Source: an uncultured Syntrophobacteraceae bacterium | GTDB taxonomy: Bacteria > Desulfobacterota > Syntrophobacteria > Syntrophobacterales > Syntrophobacteraceae | Direction: 5' to 3' | Assembly (NCBI GenBank): GCA_964538515.1 | Contig: CAZIEW010000004.1 | Coordinates: 10,583 to 74,582, forward strand | DNA: 64,000 nt | Shown: positions 40,807-52,964 of the stretch, one piece after another | Layout of the letters: each line of letters starts with the position of its first letter | Position numbering within the stretch: position 1 is the stretch's first letter | The notes under the pieces: generated by a model | Databases searched by the model: none | What the model was told of the DNA's origin: nothing | Seen by the model: the letters and a program-made list of their open reading frames with translations, nothing else | Position numbers and translations under genes: made by a program

Positions 40807-41208
40807 TCATGAGGCGGTGACGCTCGGCGAGAGGGAGAGCTCGTCGATCTTCTTGCGGAGGGATTCGACCTTGATGGGCTTCAGGATGTGCCCCCAGGCA
40901 CCGAGCGCCATGGCTCTCCGCACCTGCTCCTTTTGATGCAGATACGCATCGACGATCACGATGGTCTCGGGAGCGATACGCTTGATGCGCTTGAGAAGGC
41001 TGAAGTCTGTCGCCATGGCTCTTCCGAGGTCTAAGAGGACCATGCCGAACCGGATGTCCTTGATCAAGTCGATGGTTTCCTCTTCGGTCGCGGCCTGATA
41101 ACACTTGCAGTCCCGACGCGCCTCAAGCGCACGGGCGATGAGCTCACCCACATCGCGATCCGGATCAAATATGAGAATGTTCTTTCGAAACGTCTCGCTC
41201 ATCACCAA
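40807..41208 (-). CDS. Stand-alone response regulator receiver protein
   Basis: 133 aa, CheY-like (NILIFDPDRD ... MVLLDL ... ILKP). Confidence 0.8.
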   Translation of the reverse strand: MVMSETFRKNILIFDPDRDVGELIARALEARRDCKCYQAATEEETIDLIKDIRFGMVLLDLGRAMATDFSLLKRIKRIAPETIVIVDAYLHQKEQVRRAMALGAWGHILKPIKVESLRKKIDELSLSPSVTAS

Positions 41209-41370
41209 CCCGATCCATTGAGGCTCCCGTTGACAGTGGTTTCGCCCGCCCGTTCTTGCTCCCTTGGTGCACGAGCGCTACGGCGGGACGGATAACCTTA
41301 CGAGCAATGCCTGAGAGACAACTGTTCAAGGAGCATGCCACTCCAACTCAATGCCGCACTAGCCGTTCAG

Positions 41371-43737
41371 TCAGCCGCTGGATGGAGGCGTCTGGGCAGA
41401 AGGATCAGGCGACCCCGGGGCTGGAGATGCGTCGATCTCAGCGTGCTTCACGGGACCCTGCCCCGCGAAGAAAGGCAGCCGAATCGTGAACGTCGTCCCT
41501 GCCTGCCCCGGAGCTTCGTCCTCCGTTCGGCTTTCGCACTCGATCGTACCGCCGTAGTTGGAAATGATACCGTAGCTCACAGACAGGCCAAGTCCCGTTC
41601 CATCCCCGACTTTCTTCGTGGTGAAGAACGGGTCGAAGATCTTCTGAAGAAACTCTCGCTTGATACCGCAGCCGGTGTCCGAGACGATCACCTCGGCCCA
41701 CCCGACCTTCTTGCTTTCCTTGGTGATCACCGTCAGCATGCCTTTTCCTTCCATGGCGTGAATGGCATTGCTCACCAGGTTCAGGATGACCTGCTGAATG
41801 CCCCGGGAGTCCCCTCTCACCAGGGGCAGGTCCTGGTAAAGGGACGTGTTGAGCTGGATGTTGTTCATGGAAAGCGTGTGCTTGACCACCGAGAGGATCG
41901 ATTCCACGTTCGCATTCAGGTCGGAGCATTCCTCCGCTTCCTCGCTGATCCGGGCAAAGCTCAACAGCCGCTCCACGATGCTCTTGCAGTGGAGTCCGTG
42001 CCGTTCAATGATCTTGAGATCATTGTGCTCCATGGTCCCGAGCTCGGTCCGCTCGAGCAGGAGCTCGCAAAAGCCGAGCATAATCCCGAGTGGGTTGTTG
42101 ATCTCGTGGGCCACGCCGGCGGCCAAGGTTCCGAGGGATGCCAGCTTTTCCGTGTTGATCAGCTGCTTCTCGAGGCTCTTGCGATCGGTAATGTCCCTGG
42201 CTATTCCCAGGATACGTCCCTCCTCGCCATCGTCCTCTTTCACAGGGATGTATTGGATGTTGAACCAGAAGTCCTCGTCCTGCACCCGGAACAGGGCCTC
42301 GGTGCGCTCGCCTTTTTTCGAGTCAAGCGCGCTTCGGATGAGGGTGAGCTGCTGGTCTGCCTGATCCCGTGGCAGGAACCGGTATAGGCTATGTCCGACC
42401 AGATCTTCCGGGCTTACCCCAAAGAAGTTTGACATGTGTCGGTTTGCCGTTCGAAGGACGCCGTCCCGGTCCAGGGTAAAGATGAGATCTTCCGCGCATT
42501 CGACCAGGGAGCGGTACTTGGCTTCCGATCGTGCCAACTCGTCCAGGTAGCGCCGCACGTCCTCGGTCTTCTCGGAGACCTCGTGCTCGAGAATCGTGCT
42601 CCAGCGCAGCTCGTAAAGCAGCACCACGATGGCACCAAACAGGATGAGCAGCACAAAGGACCCCTGCAACAGAACCTGCTTCTGGTACACGGTGCTGATG
42701 ATTCCCTCGATTTCATGCAGGGGGGCGACGACGGCGACCGACCACACGTAGTCCATGAACGGGCCCTGGATACGCACGGGAGCATACGCGATGAGCTTTT
42801 CCATGGGCTCGACCACATCGCGATGCCAGCCGGAGGAATACGTCCCGATTCCTTCGCGCCCTCGCAGCATCTCATTGCGTTGGATCTCATTGATCTGGGC
42901 AAAGGAGATCCCCGGGTTGCGGTTTGACCTGGCCTCGAAGGCATTCTCCCCGACAAAGGCGCTTTCAGGGTGATAGAGAAAGCTCCCCGACGAGTCGATG
43001 ACCCATCCATACCCCGTTTTCCCCGAACGAATCGAAGGCATGATGTCCTGCAGCAATCGACTGACGTCCAGGGTGAACCTCAGGTAGCCCGCGAATCGGT
43101 AACTCGGCCTCGGGTGCGCATGGTCCGTGCTGTCCTCGAAGGTGGGCGTGATCAGGTCCATGACGAGCTGCTTGCGATCCTTGCTCGGATCTCGAGCTCG
43201 AACCACGGTCCCCATGGTTTTTCCCCTATTCCCCACGTCCGCCGCCCAGGACAGATAGGCCCCCGCCTCGTGCTGCACCACACCGAAAAGCTTCATGCCG
43301 ATTCCCTGATCATTGGCGACGAGCAGCGTGTTCCCGTCCCGGTCGACGCGTCTGATTTCGAGGACCTTGTCACGGTTGAGGAGCGGCAAGGTGGAGAGCA
43401 GCAGGACCTCGTATGCGTCGGGTGCGCAGTATTGAATGGCTGGAAGCGAGTTCAGGAGGATGAGGTCCGAGATCGCGTTCTGAATCGTGGATTCGATGCG
43501 ATGTGCGGTGGCCTTGGCCAGAACGAGCTGCTGCTCGTTGAACTGGTCCCTGATGACCCCTTTCATGTAACGCACGGTGGAGGCTCCAAGGTAGGAGGCA
43601 CCGGTAACGAGGACAAGGGTGAGAGCGCCAAGTCCTTTGAGGAGTTTGTGAAGCTTGATCCGTTCTTTGGGTTGCATGCGAGCCGCCTCGAGTGCCACGA
43701 TGGAAGGGTTTGTCGGGGTGAAACTTTCAGGTGACAA
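41371..43737 (-). CDS. Sensor histidine kinase (TM - Cache-like periplasmic domain - TM - PAS - HisKA - HATPase)
   Basis: H-box VAHEINNPLGIM, G boxes DTGCGI and GTGLGLSVSYGII, a PAS segment, and a large extracytoplasmic domain between two TM helices. Confidence 0.85.
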   Translation of the reverse strand: MSPESFTPTNPSIVALEAARMQPKERIKLHKLLKGLGALTLVLVTGASYLGASTVRYMKGVIRDQFNEQQLVLAKATAHRIESTIQNAISDLILLNSLPAIQYCAPDAYEVLLLSTLPLLNRDKVLEIRRVDRDGNTLLVANDQGIGMKLFGVVQHEAGAYLSWAADVGNRGKTMGTVVRARDPSKDRKQLVMDLITPTFEDSTDHAHPRPSYRFAGYLRFTLDVSRLLQDIMPSIRSGKTGYGWVIDSSGSFLYHPESAFVGENAFEARSNRNPGISFAQINEIQRNEMLRGREGIGTYSSGWHRDVVEPMEKLIAYAPVRIQGPFMDYVWSVAVVAPLHEIEGIISTVYQKQVLLQGSFVLLILFGAIVVLLYELRWSTILEHEVSEKTEDVRRYLDELARSEAKYRSLVECAEDLIFTLDRDGVLRTANRHMSNFFGVSPEDLVGHSLYRFLPRDQADQQLTLIRSALDSKKGERTEALFRVQDEDFWFNIQYIPVKEDDGEEGRILGIARDITDRKSLEKQLINTEKLASLGTLAAGVAHEINNPLGIMLGFCELLLERTELGTMEHNDLKIIERHGLHCKSIVERLLSFARISEEAEECSDLNANVESILSVVKHTLSMNNIQLNTSLYQDLPLVRGDSRGIQQVILNLVSNAIHAMEGKGMLTVITKESKKVGWAEVIVSDTGCGIKREFLQKIFDPFFTTKKVGDGTGLGLSVSYGIISNYGGTIECESRTEDEAPGQAGTTFTIRLPFFAGQGPVKHAEIDASPAPGSPDPSAQTPPSSG

Positions 43738-43842
43738 TCCTATTGACGAACACGGCCTGACAGACTGAAAATAGCATCAACCGCAAGGCCTTGGTGCGCG
43801 AGCCAAACCGCAAACGTGCTCATTACCCAAAGAGGGACCGAC

Positions 43843-45273
<1,431 letters not shown>

Positions 45274-45376
45274 GGCCCCGCGTGGCAGACAGCCATCGGA
45301 CGACCGCGCATGAATCGGTCTTGCGGTGAGGCCCAAGCGAGAGCTCTTCACAAGCCGAATTCCGCAGACGTGCAGG

Positions 45377-45808
45377 TCACCGTCCACCCTCCGCCGCCTG
45401 GCCCTCCACCCGCTTTCGCCGCTCCTCTCTTGCCTTTTTTCGCTCGAAGGCAGCGTCGATCTTGTCCATCAGATCCTCGATGGGGCAAGGCTTCAGAAGG
45501 TACTCGTAGCCGCCGAGGCGCATGATTTCCACGGCCACATCCACCGACGCATGGCCCGTGAGCATGATCACCTCGAGCTGCGGATCGCGCTTCTTGATCT
45601 CCGCCAGCGCCTGTACACCATCCATCTCGGGCATCTTGACGTCCAGCAGGATGACGTCGTAACTCGCATCCGTGAGCTCTTCGAGCGCCTCCCTCGCACT
45701 CCCGAGTGCCTTTACATCCAGGCCCTTGACCTTGAGTAGCTTTGAAAGGGTCATCCGGAATCGCTCTTCGTCGTCGACGATGAGGACCCGCGGCTTCAGC
45801 TCCGACAT
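45377..45808 (-). CDS. Stand-alone response regulator (REC plus a short charged tail)
   Basis: AAGGAGG RBS. RVLIVDDEERF ... DVILLDVKMPEMDG ... LLKP. Confidence 0.85.
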   Translation of the reverse strand: MSELKPRVLIVDDEERFRMTLSKLLKVKGLDVKALGSAREALEELTDASYDVILLDVKMPEMDGVQALAEIKKRDPQLEVIMLTGHASVDVAVEIMRLGGYEYLLKPCPIEDLMDKIDAAFERKKAREERRKRVEGQAAEGGR

Positions 45809-45821
45809 CGCGTCTGCCTCC

Positions 45822-46787
45822 TTACTTTTTTGCGCCCGGGAGCCGGATCGTGAACCTGGTGCCCCGCCCGACCTCGCTTTCGACGGCAATGGTGCCACCA
45901 AGTCGCGAGATGATCCCGTGGCAGATGGAGAGTCCCAGCCCTGTACCTTTGCCCGGCGGCTTCGTGGTGAAAAAAGGATCGAAAATCTTGTTCAGGTCCT
46001 CCTCGGGGATCCCGCTGCCCGTATCCGTGATCACAATGTCGGCGGACCCGTCTTCGGATTCCTTGGTCGTTACGGTGATGGTACCATCCTTCTGGATGGC
46101 ATAGGTTGCATTGTTCAGAATGTTCAAAACGACCTGACGCACAAGAGGGCCGTCCGTGCGCACAGGGGGAACCGTGTGACCGTAGTGCCTTTCGATTGCA
46201 ATGCCGTGCTGTTTGGCTTCCCGCTCCACCAATCGAACCATGTCTTCAATGAGCTTGTTGAGGTCCACCGCTTGAATCAGCGGCTCTTTCTTGCGGGCGA
46301 AATCCAGCAGCTTATGGGTGATGTCGCGACAGCGCTCCACCTGCCGCGTGATCTCCTGAACGGAATCCTGCATGTCCGCAATCGTCAGACCACTTCCTGC
46401 TTCGATTTCCTTGGCCACGTGACGGATCCATTCGACCTCCTGCCCGATAATGGCCAGCGGGTTATTGATCTCATGGGCTATCCCCGAAGAGAGCTCTCCG
46501 ATGGAGGCGAGCTTCTGGGATTGGATCAGCTGGGCATCCAGAACGCACTTCTGATCCATGGCCTTCCGAATTTCCGCTTGGAGCGAGCGGACGGAAAGAA
46601 TCGATACGGCCCCCGCCAGAAAGCACAGAAGGGAAAAGACTGGGTGAGCCACGGGGATAAGGCTCACCGCCGCAAGCATCATAAGCCCTGGGGGGAGATA
46701 ATGCAGAACGGTCTTCAGCTCAAAAGGGCGATTCCCCAGCATGCGAACAACTTCCGCTCGTGCGCGTAACGATATGGACTCAAACAA
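45822..46787 (-). CDS. Membrane histidine kinase (2 TM - HisKA - HATPase), with no obvious sensor domain
   Basis: H-box IAHEINNPLAII, G boxes DTGSGI and [13 protein letters not shown]. Confidence 0.85.
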   Translation of the reverse strand: MFESISLRARAEVVRMLGNRPFELKTVLHYLPPGLMMLAAVSLIPVAHPVFSLLCFLAGAVSILSVRSLQAEIRKAMDQKCVLDAQLIQSQKLASIGELSSGIAHEINNPLAIIGQEVEWIRHVAKEIEAGSGLTIADMQDSVQEITRQVERCRDITHKLLDFARKKEPLIQAVDLNKLIEDMVRLVEREAKQHGIAIERHYGHTVPPVRTDGPLVRQVVLNILNNATYAIQKDGTITVTTKESEDGSADIVITDTGSGIPEEDLNKIFDPFFTTKPPGKGTGLGLSICHGIISRLGGTIAVESEVGRGTRFTIRLPGAKK

Positions 46788-47190
46788 TGATCTTCGATTC
46801 CCGGATCTTTTCCTCGTGCAGGCTTTTCCGTTCGTAGGCCTGCTGGACCTTTTCCAACAGCTCCTCGAATTCGGCCGGCTTCATGACGTAGTCGAAAGCC
46901 CCCAGCTGCATCCCCTGCATCCCCGATTCAACCGATGCATGGCCCGTGAGCAGGATGACTTCCATGAGAGGCCGCTTCTTTTTGATCTCCTTCAACGTTT
47001 CGATACCGTCCATTCCGGGCATGCGGACATCCAGGATGACGACGTCAAAGTGCTCCTGCTCCAGAAGAGCAAGCGCTTCCCGACCGCTGCTCACGCCATC
47101 CGCCCGGATCTTACGCCGCTTGAACCGCTTCACGATCGTCTCGAGAAAATCGAGCTCATCATCCACCACCAGAACTCTGAAGTCCTCCAT
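46780..47190 (-). CDS. Stand-alone response regulator (REC)
   Basis: RVLVVDDELDF ... DVVILDVRMPGMDG ... VMKP. By eye it is about 45-50% identical to the RR at 45377..45808. Confidence 0.85.
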   Translation of the reverse strand: MEDFRVLVVDDELDFLETIVKRFKRRKIRADGVSSGREALALLEQEHFDVVILDVRMPGMDGIETLKEIKKKRPLMEVILLTGHASVESGMQGMQLGAFDYVMKPAEFEELLEKVQQAYERKSLHEEKIRESKIIV

Positions 47191-47247
47191 GAACCGAGCC
47201 TCGCTGAGTCGTGTTAACGCGTGCACCGCCGTCGGACAAGACGCTTG

Positions 47248-48909
47248 TCAGCTCTTGACCGGCAAATAGATCGTGAAGACCGTGCCCTGACCGATCTCAC
47301 TGGCGACCATGATCCTCCCGCCCAGCTTCTCCATGATGCTGTAGCTGATGGAGAGCCCCAGGCCCGTTCCCGTTCCCACATCCTTCGTGGTGAAGAAGGG
47401 ATCGAAGATCTTCGCGAGAATCTCGTTCGGCATCCCCGGGCCATTGTCGCTGATTTTGACCGCAATCGCATTGTCTTTGGAAATATATTCCGTCTTGACC
47501 TGAATGGAGCCGTCACGCTTGAGCGCATCGATGGCATTGTTCAGGATGTTCAAGAACACCTGCTGCAACTGGGCGGAATCGCTCAGTGTCTGAGGCAGCC
47601 CACTTTCAAAGCTCGTTTCGATGGTGATGTTGCGATAGTGGGCTTCGTTACGCAGGAAATCAATGGTCTCGTCCAGGACCTTGTTCACATCCACCTTCTC
47701 CTGGACCGGCTCCATGCGACGCGCAAAGCCAAGCAGCCGATGCGTGACCTTCTTGGCCCGATCCACGTGATAATCGATCTTGCGGATGGATTCCTCGAAT
47801 TCCTGGAAGTTCTCGCTGCCGCTGATATCTTCTTCGCTGAGCAGGTCCCGGAGCCAGCCAACCTTCTCCTTGATGACCGCCAAAGGATTGTTCACTTCAT
47901 GCGCGATCCCAGCCGCAAGCTTGCCGAGGGCCGCCATCTTGCTCGACTGAATCAGACTGGAGTCGAGCTGCGCCTTTTCGCGATCCGTCTTGATGAGCTG
48001 CGCGATCATCTGACGGGTGACAAACACCGACCCCACCACAATGAGCAGAATTCCGCCCACGCCAAGTCCAAGAACCAGAAGCCGCGCCTGATGGAGCGGA
48101 ATCATCTCCTCGCGGGGGTCTTCCTTGACCACAAGCATCCACTCTTTGTTCTTCAGCCAAGTGCTCGCAAAGAGCGACCCGTCTCCATTGGTCAGTTTCC
48201 GAGCGCTCTGGATGCCCGCAAATCGTGATGAAATCGGAACGGAAGACTTGCCAAGCAGCTCACCACCAAATCGCGGTTGCGTTTGGAAGATCCCGTCCTT
48301 GTTAATCACGAACGCGTCTCCCTTCTGGCCCACTTGCGCCGCCTTGACCATCCCATCAAAGATCTCCGTGTCGATCGTGGCGCGCAAAATCCACATCTTG
48401 TTTTCTTCGCGACGCAAGATGGCAATGATGAAATGCGGGAATTTCCTGAACCCCGTGAACACGTCGCTCACGTAAACACCCCGCAGCATCACCTCGTGAA
48501 ACCATGCCTCATTGCTGTAATTGAGCCCCTGAAGTTGGTAAGGGCCGACATAGGCCACGTGGTTGCCCTCGCGGTCGATGATGCCGATGTCGACAAACGA
48601 CTTGGAGCGGGATTGGATCAGCGTGAAGACATTCCCCAGTGTCTTTTCGTCCCCGAGTTGAGCGAGGGAATGAGTGTAAGCCAACGTGTTGAGCTGCGAG
48701 ATGCGCTCTTCGAGGAAGAGGTCGATGGCGTTGCGGCGATTTTCCACCAGCGTGGCCAAACGCTCAAGGATCTTCGCCGTGAAGGAAACCGTGAAGAGGT
48801 GGTACATGCTAAAGCCCAGCGCAAGGAGTGGAACCAGGGAAAAAGAGAGCGTTGTCGCAACGATCTTCCAGAAGAGCCTTCTGTATCCTTTGTCTTCCAT
48901 TCGTTTCAT
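47248..48909 (-). CDS. Sensor histidine kinase (TM - Cache-like extracytoplasmic domain - TM - HisKA - HATPase)
   Basis: H-box [13 protein letters not shown] boxes DNGPGM and [13 protein letters not shown], and an N-terminal sensor domain between two TM helices. Confidence 0.85.
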   Translation of the reverse strand: MKRMEDKGYRRLFWKIVATTLSFSLVPLLALGFSMYHLFTVSFTAKILERLATLVENRRNAIDLFLEERISQLNTLAYTHSLAQLGDEKTLGNVFTLIQSRSKSFVDIGIIDREGNHVAYVGPYQLQGLNYSNEAWFHEVMLRGVYVSDVFTGFRKFPHFIIAILRREENKMWILRATIDTEIFDGMVKAAQVGQKGDAFVINKDGIFQTQPRFGGELLGKSSVPISSRFAGIQSARKLTNGDGSLFASTWLKNKEWMLVVKEDPREEMIPLHQARLLVLGLGVGGILLIVVGSVFVTRQMIAQLIKTDREKAQLDSSLIQSSKMAALGKLAAGIAHEVNNPLAVIKEKVGWLRDLLSEEDISGSENFQEFEESIRKIDYHVDRAKKVTHRLLGFARRMEPVQEKVDVNKVLDETIDFLRNEAHYRNITIETSFESGLPQTLSDSAQLQQVFLNILNNAIDALKRDGSIQVKTEYISKDNAIAVKISDNGPGMPNEILAKIFDPFFTTKDVGTGTGLGLSISYSIMEKLGGRIMVASEIGQGTVFTIYLPVKS

Positions 48910-49083
48910 CCCGTCAGCAGCAGCATCTGTCGCAAGCGTTCACCGGTCGGCCCAATCCCAGCGCCGACCTGAAGGGTCCGGGTGACTCATGGAACAATCG
49001 TTGCCTCTTCCTGAAGACTGAGCGAAAGAGCTAGGAGGAGGATGAAGGATTGTAAAAAAGGTCTGGCGGGCAGTCAAAGGAAT

Positions 49084-50076
49084 TCATGTGCAACTGTGCA
49101 CAATATCCGACGGGCTTTCTTGCTCAACCGGACAGTCGTCTTGGAGATACCCGTTTTTCAGGCCGAGCTCCTCAAGGACCTGAACCGCACGCTCATACTC
49201 ATCTCGAGTGACCTTTCGGTTCAATGGGGCAAGGTGAAGCGCCTTGTGCGCGGGAAAGTACTGGCTCATCAGGCTCACCCACACCGAGGGTCCAAGGCTT
49301 CGAGCCAAGAACGTCAGGCAATTGCGCGTGCCCGAGAGATCCTCGGGGAGGATCAGGTGCCGCACGATCATGCCGCGCCGACCGACGCAGTCCGCTCCGA
49401 GCTTCAACGGCCCAACCTGCCGCCACATTTCGAGCAGCGCCTTCCGGTTCACCGAAACGTAATCGCTTCTACCCGAGAGTCGCTTCGCGGTGCGAGCATC
49501 GGCGTATTTGATGTCCGGCAGATAGATGTCCACCACACCTTCAAGGAGACGCAGCGTTTCCACCGTCTCATACCCGCTGGTGTTGTGCACGACCGGTAGG
49601 CGCAGTCCCTCGGGAACAGCGAGCAGCAGGGCTCGCACAAAGGCGGCAGCCTGGTGTGTCCCGGTCACCAGATTGATGTTCTTGGCCCCGCGCTTCTGGA
49701 GCTTGAGAAGGTTTTCCGCAAATTCCTCGTCGCTCAGGACACGCCCCACCCCCATTTGGCTGATGGGATAGTTCTGGCAAAACACACAACGCATCGTGCA
49801 GCCGGAAAAGAACACCGTGCCTGAGCCGGTTTCGCCCGACAAGGGCGGCTCCTCCCACGGGTGGATGAAGAAGGAGGCGATCTTCGCCCGCGCGTCCACG
49901 CCGCACCGTCCAACGGCTCCCGAAATCCTGTCCACCCCACAGCGGCAGGGACACAACGTGCAGTGTCGGAGAACCTCTTCAAGCCGGCGCGAGCGCTCGG
50001 CAAGCTCACCCGACTCAAAAAGGGCAACGTACCCTGGAGCCGGCTTCTTCACGCTCAATCGTGCCGTTCGGCCCAC
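49084..50076 (-). CDS. Radical SAM protein, PflX/COG1313-like (pyruvate formate-lyase activase homologue)
   Basis: CTLCPCRCGVDR...GRCG N-terminal Cys cluster, plus the radical-SAM CxxxCxxC in FFSGCTMRCVFCQN. Confidence 0.7.
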   Translation of the reverse strand: MGRTARLSVKKPAPGYVALFESGELAERSRRLEEVLRHCTLCPCRCGVDRISGAVGRCGVDARAKIASFFIHPWEEPPLSGETGSGTVFFSGCTMRCVFCQNYPISQMGVGRVLSDEEFAENLLKLQKRGAKNINLVTGTHQAAAFVRALLLAVPEGLRLPVVHNTSGYETVETLRLLEGVVDIYLPDIKYADARTAKRLSGRSDYVSVNRKALLEMWRQVGPLKLGADCVGRRGMIVRHLILPEDLSGTRNCLTFLARSLGPSVWVSLMSQYFPAHKALHLAPLNRKVTRDEYERAVQVLEELGLKNGYLQDDCPVEQESPSDIVHSCT

Positions 50077-52016
50077 CGCTCACCGTCCCAGATTCCCATC
50101 ACGCGTCCCGATTCGGCCACATCGTAGCCCCCCATGGCCTCCACCATCTTTCTGAATGAATCCGAAACAACGATCTTGAGGAGAAGCTGGATTTTGGGGT
50201 CATCCCAGCTGGATTCCGGAAAAACCAAATCGTATCGTTCCTCGGCGACAGGAATGAAGTCGAGCCCAAGTGCCTTGGCGGACGCATAAATGGCCATGCC
50301 GGCATCAGCCCTTCCGCTCAGCACGCTGACGGCGACGGCCATGTGCGTGAATTCTTCCTGCTCATACCCTCGGATTGCCTCACGACGGATTCCCCGCCGC
50401 TCAATCTCGTAGTCAAAGAGAATCCGCGTGCCCGAGCCCCCTTGCCGGTTGACGAAGGCAACATCAGAGCGGGTGAGATCTTCGATGTCAAGGATGTGCT
50501 TGGGATTGCCCCGCTGCAAGAGAAAACCCTGCTGACGCTTGGCAAGCTGAAGCAGACGGACCGGCGTTCCCGGCAGATACCGCTCGATGTAGGCAAAATT
50601 GTAGCCTCCGGTCCCCGGTTCGAGCAGGTGAGATCCAGCCAGGTGCGTTTGCCCTCTGCGCACGGCCATGAGTCCTCCCAGACTGCCCACATTGCTCGAC
50701 GAGAGATGGATGCGGCTGTCGTGTCGCTTCAATTCGTTGGCAAGCACGTCGATCGTGTTGTCATGACTCCCGATCATGATGAGCGTGTGATCCAAATCCT
50801 CCGCCGGTCTGAGAAGCCGGATGCGGACCGGCTGGCCGACGTCGATCCCTTCAAGAGCTTGAGGCACCTGCAGGATTCCGTCGGCACGCGTGAGGGACGT
50901 GATGACCCCCGCGCCCCGCTGGAGCGGCATGGCGATCAGCTTTCCCTGGACGCGTCCCAGGATGACCCGGAGAAATTCTTCGAGGCCCAGCTTCGAGGGC
51001 ATCTTCCGCCCGAGGGTGGCTTCCACCTCGGTGAGCGCAGGCGCGGGAATCCCCTGCAAACGGTACAGCAGTGGCCGCACGAATTGCTCGAACGCCATGA
51101 TGGCCGACACCGGGTAACCGGGAATCCCAACGACCGGCCTCCCTCCCGCCAGACCCAGCACGGTTGGCTTGCCCGGCATCATCGCAACCCCATGCACCAG
51201 GACCTCACCCTGCTCTTCAATGATCGACGAGGTGTAATCCTCGGACCCGGCCGATGACCCGGCATTGACCAGAATCACGTCCACGTCCGAAGCAACCGCT
51301 TCGGTGAGCATTCCCCGCAGGGTTTCAAGGTCATCGAGCACCGGATCCTGCAAATGGGGCTCTCCCCCGCACTCCGCCACCATTCCCGCCAGCACGGCAC
51401 CGTTGAACTCGATGATCTGTCCCGGGGAAGCGGTTGCGGCTCGCTTCGCCGGAACCAGCTCCGTTCCCGTCGGCTGGATCCACACCTTCGGCCGACGCAC
51501 AACGGCAATCTCGGTCACCCCGGCCGCGAGGAGCGCACCAATATCGGCAGGGCGCAAGACGTGCTGTTGCGGAAGTAAAAGCTCACCCGCGACAATGTCC
51601 TCGCCAACCTTTCTAACGTGCTGCCAGGGAAAAGCCGCGGACCGGATTTCGATCACGCCTTCGGAGACTGGCTCGACTTGCTCGATCATGATGACAGCAT
51701 CGGTGTCGGGAGGAATCGCGTCGCCGGTGTCCACGGCGAATGCATCAAGGCCGACCCGCAGCCGGAGAGGCTCCGAATCACTAGCCCCGAAGGTGCGCTT
51801 TGCGCTGACCGCGTAGCCATCCATCGCTGCCCCATGGTAATGGGGCACGGACTGGCATGCGATGATCGGTCGTGCCGTTACACGCCGCAGCGCCTCCACC
51901 GTGGGAATCGTCTCCTCCTGCCGGCTCGGCTCAGCCGTACGCTCCGTCCAGAGGCGGCGGGCCTCCTCCAGCGTCTTCATCTTCAGATAAATGTTTCGCT
52001 TCGGCTTCTCACCCAT
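50055..52016 (-). CDS. moeA: Molybdopterin molybdotransferase MoeA fused to a periplasmic-binding-protein-like (molybdate/tungstate-type) domain
   Basis: 653 aa. The MoeA N/core regions (AMDGYAV, PTGTELV, NAGSSAGSEDY, GVAMMPGKP) are followed by a ~230-aa PBP-like C-terminal domain. Confidence 0.75.
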   Translation of the reverse strand: MGEKPKRNIYLKMKTLEEARRLWTERTAEPSRQEETIPTVEALRRVTARPIIACQSVPHYHGAAMDGYAVSAKRTFGASDSEPLRLRVGLDAFAVDTGDAIPPDTDAVIMIEQVEPVSEGVIEIRSAAFPWQHVRKVGEDIVAGELLLPQQHVLRPADIGALLAAGVTEIAVVRRPKVWIQPTGTELVPAKRAATASPGQIIEFNGAVLAGMVAECGGEPHLQDPVLDDLETLRGMLTEAVASDVDVILVNAGSSAGSEDYTSSIIEEQGEVLVHGVAMMPGKPTVLGLAGGRPVVGIPGYPVSAIMAFEQFVRPLLYRLQGIPAPALTEVEATLGRKMPSKLGLEEFLRVILGRVQGKLIAMPLQRGAGVITSLTRADGILQVPQALEGIDVGQPVRIRLLRPAEDLDHTLIMIGSHDNTIDVLANELKRHDSRIHLSSSNVGSLGGLMAVRRGQTHLAGSHLLEPGTGGYNFAYIERYLPGTPVRLLQLAKRQQGFLLQRGNPKHILDIEDLTRSDVAFVNRQGGSGTRILFDYEIERRGIRREAIRGYEQEEFTHMAVAVSVLSGRADAGMAIYASAKALGLDFIPVAEERYDLVFPESSWDDPKIQLLLKIVVSDSFRKMVEAMGGYDVAESGRVMGIWDGERWAERHD

Positions 52017-52497
52017 TTACGGAGCCCTCCCTGAGCGTTTTTATCCTTCCCAGCCATTCTTCGCCGTTCACCCCCGACCAGCTCGCAACGCGATCGGTGT
52101 TGTCGACGCCGCGGTAATGCACGCGCAGTCGCCTCGAGCTCAGACGCGGGCCGGTCGCGCTCCCTTTGGTCTCCACTGCGGTAATTCGCTCGAGAGGGAT
52201 GCGCAGGTCGACCGGGCGCTGAGTGAGTCTGAAGTAAAGGCCGTCTTCAGTCAGCACCAAGACCCCCAAGCCGCGCCATTGACCGTCCCACTCCCTCCGC
52301 AGACCGCGTAACCGCGCTTTTGTGGCGAATAGCAGGATGGGGATTCCATGCAGCTGAGACCGTATCTCATACAAGGCAGCCCTTTCCGCGCTCCGCCGAA
52401 GCGCACGGATCAGGAAGAGTACCGGCACAACGACTGCGACACCACACCCCCCCACCAAGAGGATTCCGGTCCAGAAATCAGCGTTATCCATCGGCAT
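52009..52497 (-). CDS. Membrane-anchored PH/GRAM-like domain protein (162 aa)
   Basis: One N-terminal TM helix, then GVLVLTEDGLYFRLTQRPVDLRIPLERITAVE, resembling bacterial PH domains. 8-nt overlap with moeA. Confidence 0.45.
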   Translation of the reverse strand: MPMDNADFWTGILLVGGCGVAVVVPVLFLIRALRRSAERAALYEIRSQLHGIPILLFATKARLRGLRREWDGQWRGLGVLVLTEDGLYFRLTQRPVDLRIPLERITAVETKGSATGPRLSSRRLRVHYRGVDNTDRVASWSGVNGEEWLGRIKTLREGSVNG

Positions 52498-52964
52498 GCA
52501 TCATGTTGTGCTCTCTACGGGTGAATGAAACCTCGCCGCACGTTGAATCCTTTGACTCAGACCCATGTGCAGTCGGATTCCCTTTTATCCTAACCGTCGT
52601 TATCTGTGAACCCTTCAGAGAAAGGAAGGGCCCTTGGAGCTGACTGCGGGCCCAAGCGGAAGCATTGTTCTTGGCTCCGATGACGCAAGAGACGGCGGCT
52701 GGCTCCTATCCCTTCAATGACGTAATACCTCGAATAACCCAAAGCTTAATCGTCTGCCGCGTGACTTCTCAATAGCCGTGGGCAAACGTGAGTGATGTGG
52801 CCGAGTTCTCCCAAACTGTCTTTCGTGTAGCCCTCAAAGCCGGAGCCGTGGCTCATTCAGCCGTTTCGTCTTGACAACACCATGATTCGATGGTTTCCTG
52901 TGGCACCGTCCAAGCCGCCACTGATGGAGGAGCGGCATCAGGCGATCGCGCACCTGAATGAGGA

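Noticed and set aside
48990-49004. Sigma-54-like TGGAAC-AATCG-TTGC on the + strand
   Set aside because: The spacing is correct, but it points into the 3' end of the - strand radical SAM gene. The only + strand ORF downstream (49042..49599) is an antisense shadow.
52498-52964. 466-bp divergent spacer, checked for SRP RNA, 6S RNA or a Moco riboswitch upstream of the moeA operon
   Set aside because: I could find none of the conserved cores I remember (for example AGGUCCGGAAGGAAGCAGC for SRP RNA). This cannot be decisive without an Infernal scan.
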